Positions 47,539 to 59,966 of a stretch of DNA of 64,000 bases are shown piece after piece (within the stretch, counting starts at the first letter, position 1; each line of letters begins with the position of its first letter). Location of the stretch: positions 5,890,001 through 5,954,000 of the forward strand of contig JBHGNT010000016.1 in the NCBI GenBank assembly GCA_043228905.1, written 5' to 3'. Under the pieces are notes generated by a model. The model searched no databases, had not been told where the DNA came from, and saw only the letters and a list, made by a program, of their open reading frames with translations. This stretch comes from Azolla caroliniana. Lineage: Eukaryota > Plantae > Polypodiophyta. Made by a program: the position numbers and the translations under genes.

Positions 47539-48415
47539 TGTCGGGGTAGTTGTGGTTCGTGCGGCGAAGTCGCGGGGACTAAGGTGAAGGGGAGTTGAAG
47601 GAACTTAACTTTTAATAAGGCTTGTATGGTGATGATAGAATGGTTAAGGATAGTAAGAAGAAGAGTTACGAGTAATGTGTGTGTGTGTGTGAGAGAGAGA
47701 GAGACAAGCATAGATAAAAGATAGAGACAAAGTATGTTTCAAGAAAGAAGATTGAGACAAAGTATGATTCTAGAAACAAGAGTATATGATATAAACATGA
47801 TGTATATTTAAAAATATAATATTTTACCAACTTTACAATCCTTGATCGTAAGATGAATCTTTTCAATACCGACCCTTGATTTGAACCCACGACCTCAACT
47901 TCGAAACGAGAGGTTCTCCACCCAATGAGCTAGTCTTCTCTACTTGATTGTCTTATTTTCTCACTCTCTCTTGATTAATTCCCCCCTTTTTGTTTTCCTT
48001 TCCCCTCTTTTTATAAGTATTTCCATGCATATGGTAATGTCATGCATGTAATGCATGAGTTACATCTGATGCATGATCGCCATTTGGCGCACATGCATTG
48101 CATGTGATGCATGATAGCCATCATGCTCATTTGAGCTCCCATGTATTGGGATAAGTATAATGATGGAAATAACCCTAAAACAAATAACCTAGCTTAGTGG
48201 TGTATGGTTTGTGCTTGATATACAAGGTTGAAGGTTCAAGTCCCTCAATTTTACTTAATACAATATTTAAGTTTATTCTTATATAGTGAAGCACATTCTT
48301 GACAACATTTCTACATTGTGCTTGGTTTATAAGGTTGTGGGTTCAAGTGTTTGAAATATTACTGAATTCAATATTTAAATTTATTTTTATATCGTGAAGC
48401 AAATCCTTCACAAAA
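47539..48415 (-). mobile_element. AT-rich Gypsy solo LTR inserted in the gag of F
   Basis: TSD GCGC on both sides; the host rejoins as at 27212. The minus-strand end is ...ACCCCGACA and the start is degenerate (TTTTGTGAAGG). Confidence 0.82.
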
Positions 48416-49860
48416 GCGCGACGAAGGCGTTCCGAGAGTTTGAGCGACGGCTTGCTCGGCTCCCGGAGCGGGAACAAGGTTTGGTGGGGGCGGACAAAGT
48501 CCTTTTGTTCGTCAGGTCGATCGACCGAGCGGAACGGGAAGCCATCGGGATTGAGCTCGAAGACGATGATGGAGTGAATGGGCTTACGGAGGACTGGTCG
48601 AAGGTCGGAAGGGTGTGCCAACGGCTAGATGATGAGCGAGCTGAGAGGGCTAAGAGGAAGGGACGCGACGGCGTGCCATCACAGCGGGAAGAGGCCGAAC
48701 GGCAAAGAGAGTCGGCAAGGGTCGGCGTTGGGGCCAGGATTGCGGAGGCGTACGAAGCTCTCAAAGCGATGCTCGAGGAAGAAGGAAGATCGAGGCCGGA
48801 AGCCGAGACCGAGGAGACGGACTTGCCCCACGCGACGGCGGAAGATCGGTACGACGGTACCACGGGAGAGGGTGCAGAACGAAACGCCCTCTCGACTTGC
48901 GGAGAGAGAACGGCCAAGGACGAGGCCGAGATACAGATCGCGGAACCGGAACGTTGGGACCAGCGGTTTCGGGCGTGTCAGCCCGAGATCCCGGTCATTG
49001 AAGAAACAAGCCCAGATGGGGCTTGCGCGATCGGTAAGAAGTCGACCACCGACCACGGAGAGCCGGTGGCTACGGACAAGGGCGTAAAACGGACGGGCGA
49101 TTCCTTGTGTCTTCCCACACTTGCTCTCGAGACGATGGCAGTCAGGCCCGAGTGCCCACGTGAGTCCCAAGCGGAGGAAAGTGGCGGCGAAGGGCCAAGA
49201 ATCACCGGCGAGACGATACGGGGAAGGAGCGGACGAAAGCCCACAGACCCGATTCCGGAGAACTCGGCATTCGGGCCCATATGCCCATGTAAGACCGAGG
49301 AGATGGATGGCGGTACCGAGGAGTCCTGGCACGATGCCAGCAAAGACGGATGGGAAACGGCCTGCGAGAAGGCTAGGGACGGACACGGCACGATGAGATC
49401 GGCATTCTGATACGGAAGGAGCGTAATCCGGTCGTGGATTGTTCGATCGGGGCCGGACTGGGCATAAAGGTGCCGATACAGGAGAGGGTGCGGGACGAGC
49501 CGCCCTCTTTTGCATGGGGAGAAAGACCGACCGGGCGAAGGTCGAGACTTGGAAAGAGAATGAAGTTGGTCCTATGGGATTCCTTACACCGATCCGGCTG
49601 CAGGCCCGAGTGCCGGCGTGAGTCCTATAAGAGAAGACGGTGGCGACAAGAGAACGGGACTCGGCAATCCGGAGAAGGACGAACGGACCCGGACGAGAAC
49701 CGGGTGGAGCGGACTCTCGGACGACCATTCCGGGAGGGAGGAAGAGAGCAGGCCTACGAAGAGGCCGAGGACACGGTACATCGGTACCACGGGAGAGGAT
49801 GCGGAGTAAACCACCCTCTCGGCATGCGGAAAAGGACGACCCGGGACAGGGTCGGGAATA

Positions 49861-50220
49861 CAAATGGGCGGCCTACAGAGGATCCCCCACACCAGTTTTA
49901 GAGATTTCGGCAGTCGGCAACGCGGTCAACATAAGACCAAGATACTGACGGTGGCGGCGAGGTGACGAAGGCAAGGGCTACAAATGGGCGGCCTACGGAG
50001 GATCCTCCACACCGGTTCTAGAGACTTCGGCAGTCGGCAACGCGGTCGACATAAGACCAAGATACTGACGGTGGCGGCGAGGTGACGAAGGCAAGGGCTA
50101 CGGATCGGCGGCCTACGAGGGATCCTTCACACCGGTTCTAGAGACTTCGGCAGTCGGCAACGCAGTCGACATAAGACCAAGATACTGACGGTGGCGGCGA
50201 GGTGACGAAGGCTATGGGCG
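49861..50220 (+). repeat. 120-bp tandem repeat x3 inside element F
   Basis: Units start at 49861, 49981 and 50101. Confidence 0.95.
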
Positions 50221-52518
50221 TAAGGAAGTCCGGTCCTACGGGATCCCCACACCAACCAGAGACTCCGGCTGTTCGGCCAATGTGGCAACGTAAGACCGAG
50301 GGAGAAGGAAGGTGACGGTGGGAAACGGGACCCAACTACGCGGAAGACACGAGGAGAGTCCAGGAGGGACTCAAACAAAGACACCCTAGTTTCGGCAAGC
50401 ATAGAAACGGAGTTCGGTCCTATGGGACCCTCACACCGATCCGGAGACTCCGGCTGTTCGGCCAACGTGGCAACGTAAGACCGAGGGAGAAGGACGGTGG
50501 CGGCAGGGAACAGGACCCGACGACACAAGGGAGGTGCCGGGAACGAGGTGACCAAGTGCCTAGTGGACTGCACAAGGTCGGAGTCAGGGAATGGCAAGAG
50601 AGGCCAGAGGAGGATCCTCCACACTCGCTTCGTAGATCTCGGTAGCTCCGTTGAAGTAGCGAAGACTAACACGGCAAGCCCGGGGTGACAAGCTGGTGGG
50701 GGCGAGGGGACGACGGCAAGCGGAAGACTCGGGACTTATCGTGGCAGCACGAAGACGGGAAGGGCCAAGCGGGCTACTACGGGGTGTTCCTCGGATGCAA
50801 AGGACACCGGTATGAGGGTAAACGACGATGCACGATCTGGCCAAAATGGGGGCCGACGAGGCATGCAATAAACCGGAGTGCGACACGGGCGGTGCCAAAC
50901 AACGGGCGAGGGAACATGGCACACGGAGGTGCCGAAGCGGAAAGGCGAGCGCGGAGATAGGTTGCGCGGTTCGGAGGTAGCGTGGGGAAGGGACCCTCCG
51001 CACCGTTCCGGAGACCATGGCGGTTCGAGCCGACGCGGCGACGTAAGACCATGGAGAAGGAAGGTGGCGGCGAGAGGACGAGGGCAACGCGAAACGACAT
51101 GGGACGGCAATCAGGACGACGCGAATGATCAACAGAGGCCAAGCGGGCCACTACGGGCATGCCTCAAGTGGGGGACATCGGGCTACGGCGGGAAGCGGGG
51201 CGTTCATACGGCCGAACAAGGGCCAACGGAAGTACGAGCCTACGGGGAGGCGTGCGCGAAGGAAGACACGGAGCCGACGGATCAAACCGGCAGCGAGCCG
51301 AGATGCGGATCACGGGAGACCGGTTTCTCGCCGGCCGAAATCTCTCACCCTTCAACCAGATTTGGCACGTACCGGTGGACGTGCAGTTAGGTGGGGGCGG
51401 ATGTTGTGAAGAATTTCGGCCAGAGGCGGAAACCGGGAAACATTGGCTACATCGGCGGGGTGCTGCGTGTGTACGCACCCGTGTACATATTTAGTGTGAA
51501 TATCGAGGGCGCCTTTATGGCGCCGAAGAGTAGTCAAGTCGGGGACAGACGATCCCATGTAAGTCGGGATTGTCCCACATTGTAACGTATCCTCTTCCTT
51601 GTTCTATAAAAGGAAGGGAACCCCCTTTGTGTAAGGGTTGCCCATTTTGCATTAGAGGGTATACCGTTAGGTTTAGAGTTAGGTTCTTCTTCTTCTTCAT
51701 CTCCTTCTTCGTGTTTTGCTTAGGGTTTGCTTTGGTTCGGCCTCCTGTGCAAGACCCCGCTCGGCGCGACGAGCTGAGACCTCCCCGACGGCGGCTTGAC
51801 AGCAGACGACTACTGTAACCTACCTCAGTCCGGCTCGACGCCGGGAATGTATTCTTCCCTTTATATGTATATATATATATATATACGTTTGTCTGTGTAT
51901 ATTCGCATCGTTGTTGGCGTCGGGTGCCTACCCTTTCCTGCGTTTTCCGTACATAAGGCGTGAGTCGGGTTGGGTATGTGTGCGTGTGTGTGTGTGTGCG
52001 TGGGTCAGTGTTAAGCACGCTCTTTCTCTCTCTCCCTTCGGTCGCTTCCGGTGTGCTTCTGGGATGCCCCGGAAACAGTGAAGCACGACTTCCTACGCTC
52101 CGTCGCTCCCTAGTCCAAGACCCCTGTGGTCTCGCCTTTCCCCACGCACGCGCGTAACAACGCGACAACGGCTGGAAGATATGCGTTGCGACGTGCGCGA
52201 CAGAGGAGTTGCATGGTGCATGCCCGAACGTCGGCGACATCGAGATAGATCAGCATTTCTTCGTACAGGAGACTTCCTCGCACCTGGTAATTCTCGGCGA
52301 ACCATACATTATGGCAGAGTGCATGGAAACGAAGGTACTAGACAACGGTTCGGCGTATGCGCGCGTCAAGAGCCAAGACGATCGGCATTCCGTCCAATTC
52401 ATGACAGTGCGACCCAACCACGAGCAAAACCATGAGACCCTCAGTGGCGACAGCCGAGGGGATTTTTAGAGAGGGCTATCAAGGCGTGGGGCCGCGATAG
52501 TCCAGACACCCCCCGTAA

Positions 52519-54093
52519 GAATCCCACACATGTATTATACGTAGGAAATTTTGGCTCTCCGAAAACGGAGGTTATACGTTAACCGGCATCAGTGGCCAGG
52601 AGAGGAAGCGAGCAGAGAGACGACTTAGGGTGTGTGGAGTCCTCTCCCCTGACGAAGAAATTAGCGGCGCCGTGGAGGTGGTCTCTTTTGACGACACCTT
52701 GGGCGAATTACGGAAGGTGGTCGGTGAAGGCCTTAGCGAAGACCTGACCATTCCGGTTAGCTCGATGGGAATGTACGAAGTCATCACGGACTTTGGGGAA
52801 AGGATCGGGTCGAATCGAACGGGCCGTGTGAATACGAAGTACAATACTGTGGACCGGAAGGTAAGGCCAGTTGCGGCACCCTTGCCAGAGGGCAACGGAG
52901 AGTGGATAAAAGGGGTCGTGTCGGACCCAAGTTTACGGAATCCAGCCGGCATACAGCACCGGTTCACCGACATAACGCTACGGAAGCTCAAGGTTGGTGG
53001 GGGTGGCTTTCTATTGCCAGAGGAGGAGGACTGGTTTCGGAGGATGCTCGAAAGGCACGGGAAGGCCTTCGCATTCTCTCCGGAGGAGATCGGGTGCGTA
53101 GACCCAACGATCGTCGAGCCAATGGTGATCTTCACGGTACCGCATGTGCCGTGGAATCGCAAACCAATTCCGGTGCCCAGAGCTCACATCCCGAAGTTGA
53201 TGGAGCTACTCAAGCATAAGGTGGATATGGGCATCCTCGAACCGTCGAGTGCCCCATACTCGAATTGGTGGTTCACGGTGCCAAAGAAGAACGACACGTT
53301 GCACTTCATACAAGACTTGCAACCGGTCAACAAGGTGACCATCTGTAACGCAGGAATCGGGCCGACCATAGACGAGTTCGTGGAGGCCTTCATCGGAAGG
53401 TCGATCTATTCATTCGGTGACTTATACTCGAGGTACGACCAGTTCCAACTAGCCGTAGAGAGCAGGGACATCACGACAATGCGGACTCCTCTCGGCGTCG
53501 TGAAGAAAACCGGGCATAGGCGGAATCGGAGAAAAAGGTGCATGAACCGGCTCTTACACGGATGGACGCATGAATTGCTATTTTGATATTTTGTACATGA
53601 TTCATAAATAGATCGACTGATGTAAATACCAAGTAGTACACATTTATTAAGGGATTATGCATATCTCTATCGAAAGGGACAAGGAATAAAGCAGTTTTGA
53701 CTAGGGAAAAGAGGCACCCCCTTTTTTGGGGAACTATTTAAGGAGAGGAGAGAGGGAGGAAAAGGTATCGCACGTTGGCGAGGACGAAGTGCTACTGCAG
53801 AACCGAGTGCCGAGCTCTCTCTCCTCGAATCGTCATTCTCTGCGGGTGTCAGGAGTTCGCTACCTCTGCTTCGTGGACAGCCCGTGTGCTTCCAGTAGAG
53901 TCTCTCTCTTTCCTCCCCCCCCCCCTTTTTGTTCCTTCGAGTCGTGTGGCTGTCGTTGGTGTGCGTGGGTAGGACCTCGTGTCGGGTCCATTACCGGGTT
54001 GCCGGTTGTAACTGCTCGAGTTGTAAGCCATTGACTATAGTAATCGGATTCCTGTTTTTTTTTCTTGCTCTTAATCTCTTTCTGTGTACTTGC

Positions 54094-54126
<33 letters not shown>

Positions 54127-56573
54127 TGGTCCGAGACCCCCGTGGTCCCACCTCTTCCTACACACGAACACGAAACTTCGCGACATCGGCTTGGTGCAGA
54201 TGTGTACCCTACCGCAAGGAGGAACGAATTCGGTGGCGCACATGGTGAACGCAATGAACAAGGTGCTGAGGGATTGCATCCCGGACATCACTATGTTGTT
54301 CCTAGACGACGTACCGATAAAAGGGTGTCCAGTGGAGGATGCAGACAAAACGGTCGGGCCGGATGGATGCTGGAGGTTCGTCGTGAACCACATCAACGAT
54401 TGCGATAAGGTGTTGCAGAGGCTCGAGAACGCGCAGCTCACCTTCTCCGGAGAGAAGTCAACGTTCGAGCAGATGGAGATCCTGGTAGTCGGACACCTGT
54501 GCAGACCCTATGGCCGGAAACCATCCCCGGCAAAGGTAGAAGCCATCTCCGTGATGAAGGACGATTGCGGGTCGGTTACGGAGGTCCGCAGATTCTTGGA
54601 TGCGCGCACGTTCTACCACAGCTGGATTCCGCACTACGCACATGTCGCGGAACCCCTCTACGGGCTATTGAAGAAAGGGTGTAGGTTCGAGTGGAGGTCG
54701 GAGCACATGGAGTCGGCCCGGAGACTGAAGGAGGCGCTCGTCGCGGCACCGGCTCTCCGGAAAGCATTTTACGGCAAGGAAGTCCTGATTTACGTGACCG
54801 TGGAAATGAGTCTGACTGGGATCGAATGGGTGATCAACCAAGAGGATGACGATGGCGCGAGGTTCCCCATCCGGTTTGGCGAGAAAGTCCTCAATGAGCG
54901 ACAACGAGGGTACACCCAGGTTAAACGCGAACTCTGGGGTATCATTTCGGCGGTCAAGGCCGGTAAAGACTACCTGATCGAGACCGAGATGATAATCGAG
55001 ACGGACTGCCTGCCGATTCTCGGCATGGTTTCCGGATGCGCGACGCCGGACCTGGCAATGCTCAGGTGGATAGCGTACATCAAGTCCCTGAATCCGGAAG
55101 TACGACACATTTCTGGAAAAGACAATGCCATGGCCGACATGCTTTCGAGAGCGAGGTTCGATGACGAGGACGGCATGGTTTCGGAGGACGAGGAAGTCGG
55201 CGTGGACTTCTTCGAGGTGGCTTACGTAACAACAAGAAAGGGGAGCACTCCGGCGCTTAATGAATTCGACGAGAGCAAGTACGATGGGGAGTGGCTCCAG
55301 ATCGGCGAGTTCCTAAAGACAATGACACCAGACACGGCGTGGACGAAGAAAGAGACCAACAGGATTCGGAAGAAAGTGTATTGATTCTTCCTACGGGACG
55401 GGCGCATATGGAAGCACCCGAAGAAGCGAAGCGGCACCCCACTCCGCGTAGTGGCGAGGGAGGACGAGCAGAAAGCGCTGCTTATGGCGTACCACGAGAG
55501 TCCTTGGGCCGGACACCGCGGGACATGGGCCACATTCGAGAAGCTAAAGGGGAAGTACTGGTGGTCGGGACTATATCGGGACGTGCATCGATTCGTAACG
55601 ACTTGTGAAAGCTAACAGATGCACTCCATAGTCTCACATCGAGACGAACTTCACCCGACCTACCCTCCGACCGTCCACTTCAAGTGGATGGTGGATTTGG
55701 TGACGATGTCGATGGGGGTAGGGTAGATGCGGTATTTGCTGCTGGCCAGGGAGGACCTGACGAACCAGGTGGAAGGCCGAGCGTTGCAGAACAAAACGAC
55801 CGCGGCCGTGTGTCGGTTTCTAATCGAAGATGTGGTACGACAAGATCGTGGCCGACCGCGGAGAACTAGACGCGCAAGAGGCTGAAGAGTTGTTTGACCG
55901 GCTAAGGGTTAAACTCTCGCTCACTACGGCGTACAATCCGGAGGCTAACGGGAAGGTGGAATGCGGACATGGGCCGATCGTCAAAGCGTTAGTACGGGCA
56001 TGTGGAGGCCAAGTCGGGAACTGGCCGCGGCTCCTACCCTATGCGTTGTGGGTGAACCGAACTACGCACAGTTCGGTAACAGGGTTCATGCCGGTGGAAC
56101 GAACGATTTCTTCGTGGGCCGCGGTGGGCTGGAAGGACGAAATGAGCCGGGAAGAGTTGTTGGCGGCGCAGATCCGGCAACTTGAACGGAGGCCGGAGGA
56201 CGTCGAACGGGCGAAGGAGAAGCTGCGCGAGGCAAGAGAATGAAACAAAACCTGGTTCGACCGAACGCACCAACTACGACCAAAGAAGATTGAGGAAGGC
56301 GACTGGGTGCTAGTTTACGACAACATCCTCGACAACCAACACAAGGCGACCCGCAAATTTGCGAGGAGATGGTTTGGGCCCTACACGGTGACGAGCGCGA
56401 ACGACAATGGCACGTACCATCTTGCAGAGCTCAACGGGACACGATTGGCGGTGCCGGTAGCCAGGAAGCGGATTAAAGCGTTCAAGAAGCGGTACGAAGA
56501 CGAGCCGGAGCGGGGGAGCGATAACGACAACGATCGGTTCGGGGACGCCGATAATTCGGAGAGCGACGAGTGA
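52519..56573 (+). pseudogene. pol: Element D pol (RT-RNaseH-INT), split by solo LTR 53496-54185
   Basis: Motifs WFTVPKK, LPQGGTNS, FLDD, KRELWG, GHRG, ADRGE, YNPEANG and WFGPY, with several nonsense changes. Confidence 0.92.
53496..54185 (+). mobile_element. Phygy-like solo LTR
   Basis: CGTCGTGAAGAAAACC...CGCGACA with exact TSD TCGG. The host RT sequence TPLG|LVQM is restored on removal. Confidence 0.92.
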
Positions 56574-57294
56574 ACGCGAGCCGGTTTTCTCCGGTGTCTG
56601 TCCCTCTCCGGCACATACCGGTGGATGCGCGGTTTGGTGGGGATGGATGTCGTGAAGAAAACCGGCTAGAAGTGGAATCGGTGAAGCAGGGCGCATGAAC
56701 CGGCCCTACACTTTCCCACGCCAATTAATACCTTGTACATAACTAGGAGTAGGACGATGGGTGTAAATAGACTAGATGTGACGCATCGAATGTCTAGGAA
56801 ACCAAAGAGTATCTTTGTCCGGAAGGACAAAGAATAAATTGATGAAAACGAGGGTGCAACGGCCTGCCTCGACGGCCTATAAAAGGGAAGGAAGAAGGCG
56901 GATGAAGGGATCGTGTTTTAGGAGCGAGGAGGGAGTGTTGCCGGACTGGGACCGAGCTCTCTCCTCCATCGCTCGTCATTCTCTGTAGGATTTCGGACTG
57001 AGTTGCCTCTGCTTCGTGGACAGCTCGTGTGCTTCCGATAGAGGCTCCACAATGCAGTCGGGTTGTGTGCGTGCGTGAGAATTGTGTGTGTGTGTATCAC
57101 CTGAGTTGGGTCCGTTGTTGGCTTGCCGATTGTAATCATTATTGATTTTGTAATTAAGACTTTGTTCTCTCTCTCTTTCTCCCTCTGTGTTTCTGCAAGT
57201 TGTTCTCTCTCTCTTCTTTCTCACGCTCCTTGGTTCAAGGCCCCCGCAGTTCCGCCTCTTTCCGCACGTGAAGAGCGTAACAACTCGACAACGG

Positions 57295-59966
57295 AATTCA
57301 GAGAGAATTCATCTCTAGGTACACACCGGAGCAAAACGGTGTGGCCGAAAGGAAGAACCGGTTGATTGTCGACACGGCAAGGGCAATGCTCGAGGAGAAG
57401 AGCATGCCCCGTTTCTACTGGGTCGAGGTGGTCCGGGCGACCGTCTACATCCAAAACTGGATCGGTGACAAGGTGTCAGCACATGAGTTGTATTTCGGGC
57501 GAAAGCCGAATTTGAGACACCTTCGGATATTCGGTAGTATAGCATATGTGCATGTACCAGATGAGAAGCGGAGGAAGCTAGATCTGAAGTCGGAGAAGTG
57601 CATTCTAGTCGGTTACTCGCATGAGGAAAAGGGGTATAAGTGTTATAACCCCCGGACTAAGCAGGTCCGAGTAAGCCGAGATGTCGAGTTTGATGAGACG
57701 ACATCATGGTACTCCTTACCGACTCCAATTCCCGATGAAGATGCGATTCCGGAAGATGAGGTTAGTGAGCCCGAGGAGGTCCAGGTAGAAGATGAAGACT
57801 TCGGCACTCTAGAAGAGAGTCCGATCTCATTCCGGCTAAGTGGACCGAATGAGCGGTTGAGTCAGGATGACCAATCGGATGAGGAACCGACGAGTAGTGG
57901 AGAATCTGTCGTGCTCTCCCCGCGCAAGGAACCGAGGAGACAGTTCACGCGCAAAGAGAAGGAGAAGAAGAAGATGTTAGAATACGAAACCGGCAATGTT
58001 GAGTCGGATCGGAGCGAATCCGACTCTGGAAAGGATGAAGGCGAATCTTTGGGAATGAAGTTCGACCTGGTCAAGAAGGGCCCCAAACCGGGTAATACCA
58101 AATTACGCCGGTCTTCCCTCCTGAAGAACCCCGTTACACGGTACGGGTACAATGAGTACATGGCGCATCATTATGCGTTCATGACTAAGTTGGCGGAAGT
58201 GCGTGAGCCGGAGAGCTACGTAGAAGTGGCAAAGGACCCAAATTGGTGTGCCACTATGCAGGAAGAACCCTCCCCGACACTGTAAACCGATCAGTTGCAA
58301 ATGGGTGTACAAGGTAAAGTACGATGCTGACGGTTCAGTTAACTAGTACAAGGCCCGGTTAATGGCGAAGGGATACGCACAGACCCAGGGAATCGATTAC
58401 AACGAGACCTTCGCCCCAGTAGCAAAGATGACGACGGTTCATGTGGTACTGGCGGTTGCTACAGCAAGGGGGTGGCATCTTCACCAGATGGACGTGAAGA
58501 ATGTGTTTCTTCAAGGTGACCTTGAAGAACGGGTCTATATGATCCAACCTCCCGGTTTTCAGTCGGAGATGAACAAGTTGGCGGTGTGCCGGCTCAAGAA
58601 GTCGCTTTACGGTCTGAAACAAGCCCCTCGAGGTTGGAATGCGAAGATCACGCACCGGTTGCGTAAGGTGGGGTTTGTGACCTCTAAATCCGACTCGTTG
58701 TTGTTCATCCGGCAAGGTCTGGACGGTCCGGTTTGCATCCTACTTTATGTTGATGACTTAGTCATCACCGGACCCGGACTCAATGAAATCGACCGAGTAA
58801 AGTCCCAGTTGTCGGACGCATTTGAAATGAAGGCCATGGGAGACCTTCATTATTTTCTTGGGATCGAGGTGATCCGAACCCCCGACGGCATATTGCTCTC
58901 ACAACGACACTATGTGTCAAATATGTTGTACAAGTTCGGTATGATGGAGTGTCGACCTGTCTCTACACCCCTGGACCGGAACTAGAAGCTTTGTGCCAAC
59001 TCTGGACCGGCCTACGATGAGCAACGGTTCCGACAAATCGTCGGAAGCCTGATATACTTGACGATCACTCAACCCGACCTCAGTTACCCGGTCGGAGTGA
59101 TCAACCAATTCATGCAGAAGCCGACCGTCGAGCACCTTCAATGCGCACACCAGATACTCCGGTATGTGAGCGGCACGAAGGACCAAGGACTGTTATACCG
59201 GCATGGTATAACCGAAGAACTAGTCGGATATACAAATACCAATTGGGCCGGTGATGCATCGGATCATCGATCCACCTTCGGTTACATGTTTTCTCTGGGT
59301 AGCGCGGTTGTTGCATGGAGCAGCAAAAAGCTGCCAACAATGGCTCTATCGAGCACTGAGGCTGAATACTGGGGCGCTACCAATGCCACTTGTGAAGCCA
59401 TCTGGCTTCGGCGACTGCTGCAAGACCTACGGTTTGAGGTCCTGACCCCGATACTGCTCTATTATGACAACATGAGCAGCATTCAGCTCGCCAAGAACCC
59501 CGTGTTCCATGCTCAGACGAAGCACATAGAAGTCCACAATCACTTTGTGCGTGAGTGGGTTTTGAGCGGTGAAGTAGAACTTCGGTATGCCCAGATGGAT
59601 CGGCAAATTGCCGATATCTTCACCAAACCGCTCGGATCAGACAAGTTGCAACACTTCACCGAAATGCTTGGTGTTCAGCATCTCGACGTGCCGCACTTGA
59701 GGGGGAGAAAAGGAAAGGGAACAGATGGCACCGAACAAGGAGCCAAAGAGGAAGAAAGAACCAACAAAGGGGGAGACAAGGGGAAAAAGGAAGTCGAGCC
59801 AACCTCCGAAAAGGTCAGAACAAGCGGCAACAGCGGCAGAGTCAAGAAGAACAGAGCCGACCGAAAGAAAATGGCCAAGACCCGAACGTGGTCCGGTGTG
59901 GTGGAGGTGCGCAGAACTAGAAGGGTCACGGCAAACAAGACCGGACCGGATGGGGAACGTGAGTGA
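57295..59966 (+). pseudogene. pol: Copia E pol (INT-RT-RNaseH), decayed, with a charged C-terminal tail
   Basis: Motifs NGVAERKNR, QMDVK, LYVDDL, SSTEAEY and TKHIEVH, with stops at 58283, 58345 and 58983. Confidence 0.92.

Larger units (their letters stand above)
46345..52167 (+). mobile_element. Non-autonomous gag-only Trp-primed LTR element F
   Basis: 766-bp LTRs at 46345-47110 and 51402-52167, exact TSD ACGG, PBS 47115-47132. Gag 47148-49410 is interrupted, there are no pol motifs, and the PPT is GGTGGGGGCGGA. Confidence 0.93.
39045..52469 (+). pseudogene. gag: Element D gag-protease (pieces 39045-39783, 45261-46344, 52172-52469)
   Basis: CMWCDAVGHIRKEC knuckle and protease-like ALVDHGLEINLM. 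Ends ...GDF* at 52469. Interrupted by elements C and F. Confidence 0.85.
38356..57290 (+). mobile_element. Full-length Phygy-like Gypsy element D (LTRs 38356-39000 and 56648-57290)
   Basis: Exact TSD ACGG, Trp PBS 39005-39022, domain order gag-PR-RT-RH-INT, PPT GGTGGGGATGGA, no chromodomain. Confidence 0.93.

Noticed and set aside
49861-50220. Hammerhead ribozyme / retrozyme in the repeat modules
   Set aside because: CTGACGG does not match CUGANGA and there is no correctly placed GAAA with closing stems.
48394-51390. env-like gene in element F
   Set aside because: No signal peptide or transmembrane segment is evident; ORFs are fragmented and low-complexity.
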